Shown one piece after another: positions 25,981 through 39,951 of a stretch of DNA of 64,000 nucleotides. Position 1 is the first letter of the stretch, and each line of letters starts with the position of its first letter. A program made the translations under genes and the position numbers. This DNA is from Moniliella sp. 'wahieum'. Lineage: Eukaryota. The notes beneath the pieces are model-generated. The model had not been told where the DNA came from. It saw nothing but the letters and a program-made list of their open reading frames with translations, and searched no databases. Where the stretch lies: the NCBI GenBank assembly GCA_003971905.1, contig RSEE01000043.1, positions 186,001-250,000 on the forward strand, in the 5' to 3' direction.

Positions 25981-27025
25981 CCGGGACATTTGGAGCTTGT
26001 TTTGGTGGTGCAGGATAGATGCACCTATACTTCGCGCTCCAGACCCCCATTGAGGGAATGCATCTGACATGCATCCCCTCATATGAACGAAACGGTTTAC
26101 CCTGTCTCATTTCCGGCTTTCCCATCTCGTGCCCACCCAAGTATTATGCGCGGGCAGTACTAAGCATTATCCTGTCACAAGGTCATTCGGGACACTTTGG
26201 CACCCCCTGGGAATGAAATTAGATGTGTCAAAGTAGAGCTGAAGGGGAGGAGAGAAGGGGCAAGGGGGAGCACGGCTGGGTGTGGCGGGGGATAGGATGG
26301 CTGCTTTTTGAGGGGGATCCAGGATGGGGGTGGCGAAGCAACGGGTGCGTTTGGGCCACACCCATGTTGGCTGAAGACTGCATGTGGACCGCCATGTCAT
26401 AGCCCATTCACCTCAGGCGAACGCTGTGAACAGGTCTGAGCTCGATCTGAGCAGGGGCCAGGCTGCTCGCTCAGCTGAGCGGTCACCGATCAAGCATGCG
26501 CCACACGTCAGAACCAGACGCCAGCTGCCCATCAGATGGCCCAGAAATCAGATCGATGCATCAGATGGACACCTGCCGCCACGCACTACGTCACCGCGTC
26601 ACCCGTCATCGCACGCGATCGAGGGGGCGCCAGTGCTGGTGCTAGTGACCTAGTGACCGATGACCGATGGCCGCATGGTCGGCGTGGGACACCGGTGAGG
26701 CTCACCGGTTACGGCCACGGGTCAGCTTGGCCGCTCAGCCGCTGCCGAGTGGCCGCCGGGCGTTTGCACCGAAACGCCGCTGTGCCTGAGATGGGGCGGT
26801 GAAGCTTGAAGCGATTTGTGAGGGCGTCGTCATGCAATACGTCATGCGTCAGGCGTCACGTGCGTCTCATTACCAGCACTACTCGTCTGCTCCTAGCATC
26901 CTTCGGCCTCACCAGGCCGACGGTGGCGCGCAGAGGGGAGCCACGCCAGCCCTCGCTCGCCTCGCTCGCCTCGACCGTCTCCGTCTCCGTCTCCGCCGCC
27001 ACCACCCCCTCCCCTCCCGCTTCCC

Positions 27026-30000
27026 ATGTCGGCCTCCAGCAGAGGCGGGCTGCGGGCCTACCTCCGTCTCCTCTCCTTTCATGCGTCCCGCACCGACCGC
27101 CTGCTCATCGCAGGCGGCACGCTCGCTGCGCTGCTGTGCGGTGCCCCCTTGCCCCTCCTCGGCCGCATCCTCGGCAGCCTGGTCGACGGCTTTAACTACG
27201 CCGCCTGCCACGAAGGCTCCGACCCCCACCCGCTCCCCCCCGACCAGCGACATGCCTTTCTCGCCCAGATCTCCCGCCTCATGGCGTTCATGCTGCTCGT
27301 CGCCCTCGCCAACTTTACCCTCATCTATACCTCGTCCGCCTGCTGGGCTCTCGCCGGCGAGCGCATCGTCCAGCGCTTGCGCGCAGCATACCTCGATGCC
27401 CTCCTGCACCAGGAGCTGGCCTGGTTCGACACCAATTCTCAGGCCGCTGCCGCACCAGCCGCGCTCAGCGCCGAGCTCGACGCTGTCCATGCTGGCGTCA
27501 GCGAAAAGGCCGCGCTGGTCCTCACCTCCTTCGCCTACCTCACCGCCAGCTCATTGGTTGCCATCATCACTCTGCCCTCCCTTGCAGGCCCACTGCTTCT
27601 GATTGTGCCCGTCATCATTCTCGCCTCCACCGTCGGTGCTTCCCAGGTTGCTCGTGCCACCGACCAAGGTGCCGCCCACCTGGCTGCCGCTGCTGCTCTG
27701 GCAGGCGAGGCTCTTGTCCACCTCCCCACCGTTCGTGTATTTGGCATCGAATCGGAGCTCGGACCAAGTACCGCCAGTATTTAGCCCAGGCTCGCGCTTC
27801 GGGCGCACGCAAAGCGTTCGCCGCCGCCGCCACCATGGGCTCCCTCTTTGGCCTGACGTACGGTGCGAATGCGGCTGCCTTTTGGGCCGGCTCTCGGATC
27901 ATAGCCCACACCTCGACCGGTGTGCGATGGGGCGGACAAAGCTGGCTCAAGGACACACCTGGATCCTCCGGCGGGGCTGGATCGGTCTATACCGTGATTT
28001 TTCTCCTGCTGGACTCTGGTCTGGTTGCTGGTGCAGCGACCCCCCACTTGCAATCGTTTGCCCAGGCTGCTGCGGCTGGCCGGCGCTTGTTCTCCGTCTT
28101 GGATCGCAAAAGTAAGATTGACCCTCGCGCGCCCTGGAGCCACGACTTGCCATTCCAAGACGAGCCCGAAACCGCGCCTGAGACCGACCCTAGCGTCTAC
28201 TATTGGCCTCGAATCACCACTCTCGACTGTGGCGGGCTGGACATCAAGTTTGAATCGGTCTCCTTTGCCTATCCGACTCGACCGGAGGTCGCCAGCCTGG
28301 ATCGGTTGTCACTCACCATCCCCGCCGGAACAGTAATGGGCATCGTTGGCCCATCTGGCAGTGGTAAGTCCACCTTGACCAAGTTGGCCTGTAGATTGTA
28401 CGACCCCACCCCGCTCCCCGACCCGACTTCTGAGGACAGCGCCCTGGCTGCTCGGGGTGGGAGAGTGTGCCTTGGTGATATGGACCTGCAACGTCTCCAC
28501 CCACGATGGGTGCGGGCCCAGATCGGGGTTGTGCCCCAAGAGCCTCGTTTGACAGGAGATACCGTCTTCCAAGCGATCGCTGCGGGCTTGTTTGGCTCCA
28601 CGTGGTTCGATCCCGATGCGGATGCGGACGCGTTTGCGTCGGGAGCTTGGGTTGGCCCAGGCCGTGGCACGGGCGAGCACGCACGTTTAATGGACCTTGG
28701 CCCCTTGAGTCAGAGCCGGATCGAGTCTGTTCTCTACGGTACGCTAGCAGGGGACTTGGACGAACAGTCCATGTCGGCGTGCTTGCGACTCGTCTCGAGG
28801 GGAAGCATCACTCTCACCCCTCTCTCCTGCCCTCGATTGCTTTTGCCCGCTCTGTCGCGCATGGTTCAGATGGTCCGCACCGCAGCTGGTATGGCGGACG
28901 CTACCGAATTCATTGCCGCTCTCCCATTGGAGCTCTCATCGCCAATCGGAGAAGGCGGCTCGGCGTTAAGCGGCGGACAGAAGATGCGCCTGGCCATCGC
29001 TCGCGCTGTCGTCAAGAACCACGCGTATTGATCTGTGACGAGTTTACCGCCGCGCTCGACAGTGGCGCCGAGCAATCCGTCTTGGCTGCTCTGGCCACAG
29101 CTGGGAAAGGCAAAACTACCGTCATCATCGCGCACCGTTTGGCTACTGTCAAAGCTGCTGATGCGATCGTGGTGATGCAACAAGGCAAGGTAGTCGAACA
29201 GGGTACCCACTCGGAGCTCATTGCCCAGGGGGGAGTGTACAGTGGCCTGGCTCTCGCTCAGAACCTGACTGGATCACAGGCGCCTCATGTTGCCGCCCCC
29301 ACTGGCACCCATGTCTCTCCCCAGTGGACCCAGTGGACCCAGTGGACCCAGTGGACCAGCGCCTGAAGCCGAGACAGCTCAACGGCTCAGCCCCAAATGC
29401 TAAGCCCCCAGACTGGACTTGTCTCCTTACCCAAACCTTCTGGTGAGGACGGGCCTGCTGCCACCACACCGGTCCCCCCTTCGTTACCGAGGAAACTGCT
29501 GCGATTGGTGGAAACTCCCCGAGAGCGACTCCTTTTGGCCGCTGGTTTGACCTGTGCGGCCGTGGTAGGTGCGACGTACAGTTTCGAGGCCTGGGTGTTT
29601 GGTCATATGATTGGCGCGCTCAATCCCTGTCGGTCGCAAGAGTCAATGTTGGCTGCTGGACAACACTATGCTACTCTGTTTGCCATTTTGAGTCTGGGTG
29701 CCTTTTTGGCCCACACAGGTTCCGGCACTCTGTTTGGCGCACTGGCCGAGCGCATCCTCTATAAACTCCGGGGCAAGGTATTTGACTCTCTGTTGTCCCT
29801 GCCAATCGACTGGTTCGAGGAGGAAAGCCCGGGCCAGGTGAAGAGGTCGGAATGGCTAAGGCACAGACTACGTCGGACGAAGTACGAACGCCATCAGGCC
29901 TGGTCGCCTCGCTCGCTAAAGATACTGCTGCATTGGGGGGACTGACCTCGAGCGTACTAGGCACACTTAGCGCTACGATTATCAACTTGTTCCTTGGCAC

Positions 30001-31313
30001 GGCGCTTGGCTTCTTTGTCTCGCCCTACTTGGCCATTGGACTAGTGTGGGCCATCCCGCCTCTCCTAGCGGCCGGGTACGTACGTCTTCGTGTCGCCGCC
30101 GAGTTTCAGAAACTGCATGCCAAGGCGTACGCGGGCGCAGCTGCGATCGCCACCGACGCCATTCGCTCCATCGCTACCATCCAAGTGTTGGCAGCCGAAA
30201 CGGATGTGGGGGACAGACATGCAGTGGCGCTGCGCGCACCCTACGCCGCAACTCAAGCGCACATCTTGCGGGTACACTGTGGCTTGCCACCTCCCTCTCG
30301 GCGCCGTATGCGGTATATGCGTACGCGTACTTTTTCGGTTCGCGTGCTGTAGCGTCAGGCGCAGCGACGGCAACTCAATTTTTTGTCGTGTTACCTGCGC
30401 TGCTATTTTCAGCCCAAGCGGGAGGTCAGCTACTTTCGTTTGCGGGCGAGTTTGCTTCGGCTCACCATTCGGCCCGCCGCGTATTTGCCATGCTGGACGA
30501 TGTTGCTCACAGGAACCAAATCGAGTCGTCGCGGCAAGAACGGGACGAGGAAGCGTATGCGGGCCAACAAGGTCCCGAGTGTCCTGACGGTCCCCTCTCA
30601 GTCACCTTGGACGACATTTCGTTCACCTATCCTGGTCGGGTAGATGCGGCTCTGAGTCGGGTATCGTGCACATTGCAACTGGTCCAATTTGCTGCGCTGG
30701 TCGGTCCCAGTGGCAGCGGTAAGACGACGGCCATGCAGCTGATTACGGGACTACGACGACCTTCATCAGGAGTTGTGTTGGTGGGAGGTGAACCGCCCCT
30801 AGCAGGTAACAGGGATGTTGCGTTGGTAGCGCAAGAACCTGCCTTGTTTGCCGGTACGGTCGCGTGGAACGTCGGTCTCGGTCGAGCTGGTGCGACTCAG
30901 GAGGAGATCCAAGATGCGTGTCAACAGGCTGGCGTGCACAGTGTGATTGTTTCCCTTCCGGGTGGGTACGCGACGGAGGTTGGGCCAGGCGGATCTTCCC
31001 TCTCGGGCGGACAGAGGCAGCGCTTGGCCTTGGCTCGTGCCCTGGTACGTCGTAGCAGGTTACTCTTGTTGGACGAATCGACGTCGGCGTTGGATGCTCA
31101 GTCGGAAGCGTTCGTTTGGATGTGGTGGCTAAGTTGGCACAAGAAGGTCGATGTACCGTCTTGGCTATTGCTCATCGTCTTAAGACCATCACCGAGGCTC
31201 AGACCATCTACTTTTTCGATCATGGTCGCCTCGTCGCATCTGGTGACCATAAACACTTGATTCAACGCTCAGATCGGTTCCGACAGATGGCGACCCACCA
31301 GAGCTTGTTGTGA
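27026..31313 (+). CDS. Full-length ABCB/MDR (P-glycoprotein-like) transporter, TMD-NBD-TMD-NBD
   Basis: Walker A GPSGSGKST and GPSGSGKTT; signatures LSGGQKMR and LSGGQRQR; Walker B ICDEFTAALD and LLLDESTSALD; two IAHRL motifs; TMD motifs LHQELAWFD and LPIDWFE. Multiple 1-bp shifts. Confidence 0.93.
29322..29358. repeat. 9-bp tandem repeat (CAGTGGACC)x4 in the ABC transporter linker
   Basis: Directly visible. Confidence 0.9.
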
Positions 31314-32104
31314 ACCCGAACCCGGTGGATCTGCAGATTGATTTTTTCCACCCACGTCGTCCGTCTCCTCTTGTCTCTTGAATCGATCTTCCTGGCCCTG
31401 TTCATCGTTTCTTTTGACCCTGCGGCATTCCTTCCACAGCTCACGGACCGTACGGCTACGACTACAACTACGACGGCGACTGCGACGGGCGAACGTTACT
31501 TCCTCCCGCCAAGCTTCAAGAACAAGGATCAGATAAATTGATGTACCCCGTCTCACGTCCCACGTCCCACGTCCCTGTACCTACCTGCTTGATGCTCGAT
31601 GCCTTGTTGAGCATGTTCAACGCTGAACGTTGACCAGGCCCTATTTATTCTCTTGATGGGGTACATAAGATGTGCTGTTTTGTCGTGCTCGGTAGTATAA
31701 TCTTCTTTGTAGTATAATCGAGACCCGCGGGAACTTGTGTTCCCTCCCTCTCATGTAGGACTTTGTTGGCTTCGCCTGCTGACTGAGACTCGGCGCAGGC
31801 GGATGGACAAGGAAAGGGGGGGAGGCCATTCAGCGAGAGGGATGGCGTTGCGTCGAGTGGTGCTGGTGGGGCGGCACAGCCAAGGCGTGAACTTCACGGG
31901 GCTGAGGTGGGCTCGGGTCGGCTCGGGTGAACTGCGAGTGGTGCTTGCTTCGAGCTTCGGTCCACTTACATAACCATGCCCAGCTGGCTGGCTGGTGGGT
32001 TTCGCTTCCGGCTTCGGGCCTTGAAGCTTCAGGTGAAACCTGAGCCTCAGGAGCTTCGGACGCACAGCATCATCACCACCACCACCACCACCACCACGCC
32101 CGCC

Positions 32105-33789
32105 ATGCTCGCCTGGTCTTGTGCGGTGCGCTCCCCCGCTGCCCGAGCACCCCTCCCACGCGTTCTGGGCGCTGGGGCTGGGCCAGCGTTGGGGTTGGGG
32201 TTGGGGTTGCCTCGGCGGCCTCGGTTGGCATCGCCCGCGCTCGTCCCCACCCCCCTCGCCGGTCGCTGGCGCGCACCCTTGCCGGGCTACCAGCCACGTC
32301 TGGTCTTGTCCACTTCCACACACCTTCGACTTGCCAGGAAGGACCCCTCCTCCAAGGACATCCCCGACGACTCAACGCCCATTGCTTTGGGTCCCGGTCC
32401 CGCCGGGGAGGAAGGTACTGTGCCTCAGGCGGGCATTCCTTCCCCTTCATCTTCTCCTTCATCTTCATCTTTATCTTCACCTTCACTTCATCTTCATTCT
32501 CCACCTCCGCTTCTGAATCTGTCCCTCCAAACTCTGAGAAGGACACGCCTGTCACTTCACAGGCAAACAGCCAGCACGATCCCCCGAAAGCATCCACTTT
32601 ACACAGGCACCTTCTTCTCCCCCGTCTTCATCTACTTCCTCTTCCACCTCTTCCCCGCCCTCCCCGCACCCACACGGATCCGCATCGGAATACGTCTCTC
32701 ACCTGCGTGAGCAATTCAACGACCAAACGACAGTGTGGAAGGACAAGGCATCGAAGCGTGCCCACGCCAAGTTGATCGAGCTCAAGGACCGTGCCAAGGA
32801 ACTGGCGCATCGCTGGAACGCCTTGTCAGGCTACGAAGACATTGAGCGACTGAAATCGGCGGTAGCCACATTGGGTAAGTAGAGTGTGCACCCACGCTTT
32901 TTGTGTGTGTGCTGGCTCACCTCACTGGGTTTTCAGATTGCGTACTGACCTCCCCCCCCCTCATGTCTCCTCTTCTCCACAGAACAAGAGCTACATCACC
33001 ACCGCTCTACCCTCCAAGACAAGCGAAACGCCTACGTCGCCTCAGTCTCGGAGCGCAGTGCGTCCCAGCGGCAACTCTCGGATCTGCTCGGGCGCAAGTC
33101 GAGTTGGACCGAACAAGATTTGGCCACCTACACCTCGCTCCTGCACAGCGAGCACAGTCAGTCCCGTGACGAAAAGCAAGCTGAGAGCGCGTACAATGAC
33201 GCGGAGATGGCGGTGCAAGAAGCGTTTGATGAGCTTATGCGCGCCATCTCGCAACGCTACCATGAAGAACACATCTGGTCTGACCGCATGCGTCTCCTCT
33301 CCACCTGGGGGCGTAGCGATCGCCGTACTGAATGCGTTCATCTTTATTATGGCTCTGTTGGTGGTGGAGCCATACAAGCGACGCAAGTTGGCCAACACAC
33401 TCGAGTCCCGCTTGCTCGAGGGCGAACAACTCAATGCTGAACGCATGGCTTTGGTGATTGAAAGCTTCGAGAAACAAATTCGTGATCTTCGCTTATCCAT
33501 CGAGACGTTGGATGGCGACTTGCACGAAACTTATCCTGCTTCGCCAGAACCTCTACTGGTCATGCAAGAAGCGGACCTCCTGGACCCGGCAGTACAACAA
33601 ACCGAAGAGGAGGACGGGGAGATCCTGCTCACCCCGGGACCTACTGACTCTACCCAGTTCCAACGGATACGCTCCCGTGCAGGACACACAGTTTCCCAAG
33701 CTTGGGAAAAGCACAGCGAGCTCGCTGTGGCAGGCGTGGTGGGCGCCTTGGTCGCTTTGCTGGGAATGGCGGTCGGTCAGATGGGATAA
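32105..33789 (+). CDS. SHE9: Mitochondrial inner-membrane protein She9/Mdm33
   Basis: Arg-rich presequence; WNALSGYEDIERLK; ISQRYHEEHIWSDRMRLLSTWG; LLVVEPYKRRKL; C-terminal TM segment. Intron ~32875-32982. Confidence 0.88.
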
Positions 33790-33794
33790 GCCGA

Positions 33795-33856
33795 CTTTGC
33801 TTTGCTTTGCTTTGCTTTTTGCTTTGCTTGCTTTGCTTTGCTTTGCTTTGCTTTGC
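33795..33856. repeat. (CTTTG)n pentanucleotide microsatellite in the SHE9 3' UTR
   Basis: About 12 imperfect units directly after the stop codon. Confidence 0.9.
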
Positions 33857-34289
33857 TGGTTCTGGCGTACGTTGGTTGGTGTGCCTTTGCACTCGCTCCC
33901 AAGTTTACTGATTCACCATTCAATCATTTGCCGGTCGTTACCTCTCTGCCATCACCCTCATCATCCATAATGTTGCCCCCCCATCCCTTCGTTTGAGAGC
34001 AGCTAGCAGCTACATATCGTACCTACAGACCTATGCATAGGTTAGGGGACACCAGAGGCACAGTCCAGGTTCAAACCCAATATTGGCTTGGGAGACTGGG
34101 GAGGATATACCCACCCTGCCCGCATTTGCCCAGAGCGGGTTAGTTTGGGGCAAGGTGGTACCGTCTAGGTCGCGGTTCTGGGGCGTAAGAAAGATGGGCT
34201 AGAGCAAGGACAAGTAGATTGAAGAGATGTTGAATGGAAAAGAAGAAGCAATCCAAAACACGGCCAACAACATGGGAGCAGCTACTAGA

Positions 34290-36309
34290 TTAGGAGTTAC
34301 TCGGCGCGCGCAGCGTGAGCAACATGGCATGTTGTCCCCCGGCCGAGGTAGCCAGGCTGACAGCTTGGCGGAGAGATTTGCTCGTGAGCAAAGTGGGCGT
34401 CTCAATCGTCTCCTCCCCGCCCTGCCCAAGCTCCGAGTTTTGGCCCAGCCCCCAGGTGTATGCATTGCCGTCGCGGGCCACCGCGACAGAGTAGCGAGGG
34501 CCCGCCGAAACTTGGACAATGGGACGGTCATCGGGGAAGGGGATATGAACCGGCTCGGTCAAGTACTCGTCAGGCGGAGGCCCACGTACAGGCGGTAAGT
34601 CCTCCGCCGACAAGACCCCAGCAAACGCACCTTCGGTACCAATGTGCGCTTCCTTCTTGGCCTTCATTTTGGCCTCGTACGCTTTCAGTTCTTCCTGCAA
34701 CTGCACCTCGCGCTCGGCCGCCCACGTCTCCCTCTCTTTGATCAACGTGATTTTGGCCGGGTGGTCGTCGCCCAAGCCCAGCTCGTTGCCATCGCACCAC
34801 CCGCCCTGTACCCCAGACTTGGCCATTGTCAAAGAGGAACAGAGAGAAGTGCGACCCAGCGTCGATCTGAACCACCTTGGCGCCATCATGCTTTTCTGGC
34901 AACAAGGCCTCTACCACCCGAGGCTCAACCACTTGGTCCTCAACCGTCTCCATACCCAACTGGCCAAACGTGTTGAGACCCCAAGCATACACCTTGCCAT
35001 CTTGGTTGACCGCAAACGAATGGTACGACCCACATCCGATCGTCACGATCTTACGCAGCGCAAGTTTGGACGGGTACAACGCATTGAGTTTGCGACGCTC
35101 AATTACCCGACGTCCCAATTGCGATTGTTGGTTGCCCCCCAACTCCAAACTTGGCCTTGGAGGGAGAGCGCAAGCACATGGTCCTCCCCACATACCACAC
35201 TCGAGAACCTGACCTTTTCCAGACCGTGCAGAGGACGGGGCGTGAATTGCAACTTGGCCGCGGCCGGGGTGGGATCGAACCCGAGAAGACCATCGTTGCT
35301 CTGAAAAGGACAAACAAAAAGAGTCAGTGGGCTGGAAGCTAGCTAGCTGTACGGCGGAGGCGGGGGGCCTCATGCATCATGCTTCACATGCATCATGGCC
35401 CTCTTCTCGTACGTACCACGAACGAACCCCATACGCGCACCTCGCCCGCCTCGTTGAGTGCGACCGAACAGGAATTGGAAGCGGCCACCGGGTCGCACGG
35501 AACGTTTCCACCTTACCCACCTTGCCCGCATCGGGACCGGTGCCGCCAATCACGCCTTCACCCGAAGGAGACAATCCCTCAACAGGCGTTGGCACCGTTT
35601 CGAATTCCTCCGCGTCACGCTCGGGATCGCGAGTTGTACTGCGCCCAAGCGCGGCATTGTCGTTAATCCCCACGTCCAGACCTGCCCCAGTTCACCCCAG
35701 TTGAATGAATTCATCAGGCCAGTCAGTATCCCCCATCCCACTCAAATAAGTAAAGTGTCCTCACGGCTTTGTACGTACCGTGCCGTTCGAGTCAAGCGCA
35801 AGGGTGTGCAAGCCCCCAGCTGCAACCTGCTCCAGCCCATGCGGACCAAGCTTGCCCTCAGCGATCGCCTCTTGCGCCCAGGCATGCATCCGCGGCCGCT
35901 GAATTTCATCCAGCGCATCTGTGCCTAGTCCCAACTGACCCATGTCTCCGTTGCCCCAGATGAAGAGCGAACGGACAGCTTGGCTGCCCGGGGCGGGAGG
36001 TGCAGCGAGCGCGTGGGTAGGCACACCAAAGGGACAAGGAAGCGGGTTGGAAATCCCGGTTTGAGTGGGAGCACACGTGGTTTCTTACTCGAGACGGAGG
36101 TTGAGGGCGGGGCACTGGGACCGTGCCCTCGCGCCCCAGACTGGGCAGCGGTCTCGTCGGGGGTGGCTGTGCGCAGACGTTTGGTCCGTTCCGCCGTGCC
36201 ATTCGTTTGGGCGCTGGGTTGCGCTGGGGGCTGGCGCGCCTTGTGGGACGATGCAGGCGACTCGCCTTGCGCCGACGGTTTGCCCGCAGCACGGGTGTCG
36301 CGGTGCCAT
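34290..36309 (-). CDS. RCC1 Ran GEF (Pim1/Prp20-like)
   Basis: RCC1 repeats WGNGDMGQLGLG, VAAGGLHTLALDSNG, WGINDNAALGR, GCGSYHSFA..WGLNTFGQLG, WGLGQNSELGQG, SAGGQH. Introns near 35681-35778 and 35301-35375; start tentative. Confidence 0.88.
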
Positions 36310-36776
36310 GGAAAGTGGAAAGTATAAGCGAGAAGGAGCGTCGAGCACCACCGTCGGGGCGGGCAGGCTGGTGTTGGTTGTTGGGTGCTGGCTATTCGCG
36401 GTGGGCTGGTTGACCCAGAAATCGACACGCCGGCAAAATGGAGGCAGGGCGGGGGCATGTGGGGGGCTAACCCTACACGCTGGCTGGGTGCCCTGGGCCG
36501 TCGCCTGCTCGCCCGGGGGCGCCTTTAGGCTGCGTCCAACACGTCTTGTCTCTCCACGCTCCACTCTGCGCCCAGGGAGCAACACACTGCGTACTGAACA
36601 TTGAAATCGGGAATGACGCAACCGTGCCTCGGTGCCCAATTGAATATTGAAATCGGAAGACGCTTACCTCAGCCGCGCCGCCCCCCTCGAGCGTTCTCCC
36701 GGGCGGCGCGAAAAGCTTCGCGGGCATCCCAGCGGCCGCCTGGCGTGCTTCCGTCGGTGCCCCTCCGCTCCTGCCC

Positions 36777-38565
36777 ATGAACGGCGTCTCGCCCAACTTT
36801 GGCGCCCTCCTGCGCGATGCGCGCTGGACACGCTGGCACAAGGAGCAGGTCTACACCGCCCCCCAGGCCTTCCGCGCCGTCGGCGACTGGGGGTTCAAGC
36901 AGCGCATGACCTCCCCCTATGCCTATGATCGTGTCGAGGCCCGCACGCCCAAGCGCACCCAGGGCGGCGCCGGGACCAACCCCCTCACCGACGCGGCAAC
37001 GGCCGAGTTTGTCGCCAACGGCGCACACGCCGGGCATGCCGTTTGCATCCCCTGCCAATCGCATGGGCATCTTGCGCCACGTCAAGGTCCGCAACTTGGC
37101 CGGCACGTTTGACAACAAAGTCCGCTGGAAGGAGACGGAGCGCGCAACGCTCTTCCGCAACGCCTGGTTCGACAAGGGTGCCCGTACGGCCGGCTTTATG
37201 GAGGCCTACAACCAGCGCAAGGCTCTTCCTTCCCAGCCCTTGTGGGGCGACACGTCAAAGCATCCTCGTCGCCCACCTGGCTCGCTCGGCCTCCCTCCCC
37301 CACAGTGTTTGACCCCACCACACTGGAGGCCAGTGTGAGCGGAACAGTCAGCGACGCTGCGCCGCCTCGCACACCCACTTCCGGATTGAACATTCCGGGC
37401 CTCGAGTCGGCTCCGAGTCTCAAAACGCCTTCCCCTGCCGAGTCGGCTGCACCCAAGGCGACCGCACCTGCAACTGCAACCACGACCGTCCACAGTGCAT
37501 GGGGAGGCGCTCCTTACATCCTCGATGGTCGTTTGGCTGTACCGAACTACCACTTCCTCTCGCCCAAGGCGTTTGGCAAGTTTGTCAATGGTGGAGAGTT
37601 TGCGCCCCGTTTTGGCCAAGAAGCTCGATGCGAAGCAAAAGGAAGCTATCAAGCTCGGTCTTGCCAAAATGCTCCGTCACCAGGCAATTGAAGACGCCAG
37701 CGCCAACCCAGAGACTGTCAAGAAATTGCGTGCGCAAAGCATGCTCTCGTGGCTCGAGAAGGTACCTTCGCTGGAAGAGGTGCCGTGGCAAGCTGCCGAC
37801 CTGTGGAACGCCGCGCGCAGCACCGATCGTAAAGAGATGATGGACGTGATTCAACGTAAAGCCCAGCGGAGGGTATTTGCACACCCCGAGTCCACCCTCC
37901 TCCCTTACCAGCTGGCCCGGCGCGATCGGGTTCACCCTACCGGTGGACTGATGTACGCCCAACCAGACGAGATCTTTACCAACCACCTCAACTCGGCTGT
38001 GCCTGGTCGTGTGCTGACAACGGTATCCGCAACCAATCAGCAGGGCGGGGCCTTGTCGCGTCTGACCCAGCGCCGTACCTCCGCTCTGGCTGTATCCTCC
38101 GCTGGGCACATGGAACAAGTCCCTGCTGCTGTCAAGGACATGTTGCTTGCCTGGAACATGCGCCGGACTACCAACCCCCACTCGGAGGCCACCTTCCGCG
38201 TCATGGAAGCCGGCATGGCCGTCTTGGGCGGGACAACCAATCCAGCCAGGGGCCGCAACATGCGCCAGGTACAGAACCGTCTCAACCGTGCTTCGTACGT
38301 ACCCAAGAGCATGGGTTCCGTCCAGGCCACTGCGCGCCCAGTCAAGATGGACGTCGAGGCTACAACTTCCTTCCCTGGTACGAGCTTCGCTGTTGCCGGA
38401 CGCATTTACCGCCCTGGGTCACAGGACCTGTCCTCCCTCGAGAAGTTGGATGCTACGATGGATGCCAAGTTGGGTGGTTCGGCGCGCTCCACGGCACAGA
38501 GGATGGACTTGGACGAAATGCTCAAGGGTGTCAATGCGGTGCTCCGCGACCGCGCCAACAGGTAA
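36777..38565 (+). CDS. Mitochondrial ribosomal protein MRP51 (bS1m)-like
   Basis: N-terminus FGALLRDA...QVYTAP.....GDWGFK matches my recollection of the MRP51 N-terminal motif; later HPTGGLMY. Pieced across 3-4 frames. Confidence 0.6.
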
Positions 38566-39951
38566 TCATAATGAAATCTATCGGTTGGCTCCCTTCCAAA
38601 TGCAAGCGTGCTCGCGACAATAAAGGTGGCGGAAGGGTGGGCAAGGTGGGCGAAAGAAAGGCAGGAACAGATCGATGGATCGATACCATTCGCCTCATTG
38701 TTCATCCATCCATCGAATGTGCATTCCAGGCCACAGGACCTGACACCCCCCACCCCATCTGTACTTTCGTTGGTCCTCTCTCTCTCTTCTAGCTTATAGC
38801 GCACTCGACTGGCTTGAGATCTGGGACCTGCTTCTGAGGGACTGGTTCCAGCTTCAAGTGACTTCAAGCTTCGCTTGCTCTGCCAGCCTCACCAGTGGTG
38901 TCCGAACAGTTTCCAGCGCGTCTCGTGCTCATTCATCACGGGGCAGACCGTTGCCACACTAAAAGGGACAGCTCAACGTTCAAGTTCAAGCTTCAAGCTC
39001 AACAGGCATGTCGTAGTGACACTAGTGACACCAAGAGTGGCAAGTGCAAGTGACAAGTGACAAGTGATATGCCATGTAGGGCCTGATGATCAGGTCTGTC
39101 ACTGCTACGGTATAGTATTGAACTAGCTATACCCGAGGCCAACATCCAAGGTACCAAAAGCCCATGGTGGAGCGAAACGAGAGACATCTAGTTGGGATAC
39201 TAAGGAATGGAGTTGAGGGGGGTAAAGTAAAGTCCATTTTCAAACGGCAACAGAGAGACTTAGGCCGTCCTTTCCTCCCTTAGAGCTTACACCCGCCGGG
39301 CGAGGCAAGCACCACTCAGGGAGGGGAGGAGGGCGGTCGTGCCCAGTTCCAATGGACGGCCACAGAAAGGGCAGAACGGTGCGCGAAATTTTAGACATCA
39401 AGAGAGACAGAGGGTAGTAGTAGGATAGTGAAGCTTGAAGAAGAAAACGGTGGTTGTGGTTGTGGTTGTGGTTCTGTTGGTGCGGCAAAATGACGAGGGC
39501 AATACGGTACCCCACACCTTTAATTTCCGTCGCTATCCACCCTTCCTGCATAGGATAAGGATAGAGTGGGGCAAAGGATAAGGAAAAGAGTGCAGGGGCA
39601 AGAAAGGGAGGCGGATGCAACTGCTAAAGGGGAAATGACAGAGTGGGATGCAATTTGGCAAGGGAGAAGAACGGGAAAGCGGGAAGAGGAAAAAGCTTGG
39701 AAGTGGGAATACGTTTGGTGGGTTGGTGTCGGGAAAAGGAGGCAGGATTGTGCGAAAGAACAAAAGACGCGATAAACCAAGGTCGAGATACGAGGTGCAG
39801 GGACGGAGAAAAAATGTCGCGGGAAGAGTATAGGGCCGCCCGTGGCCGTAGGGCGGTATCCGTCCGTTGCCGTCCGTATTATCCGTACCATCCGTACCAT
39901 AGGGGTGCAGCACACAATCGTCCCCACAACACGCTAGCACCACACCCTACC

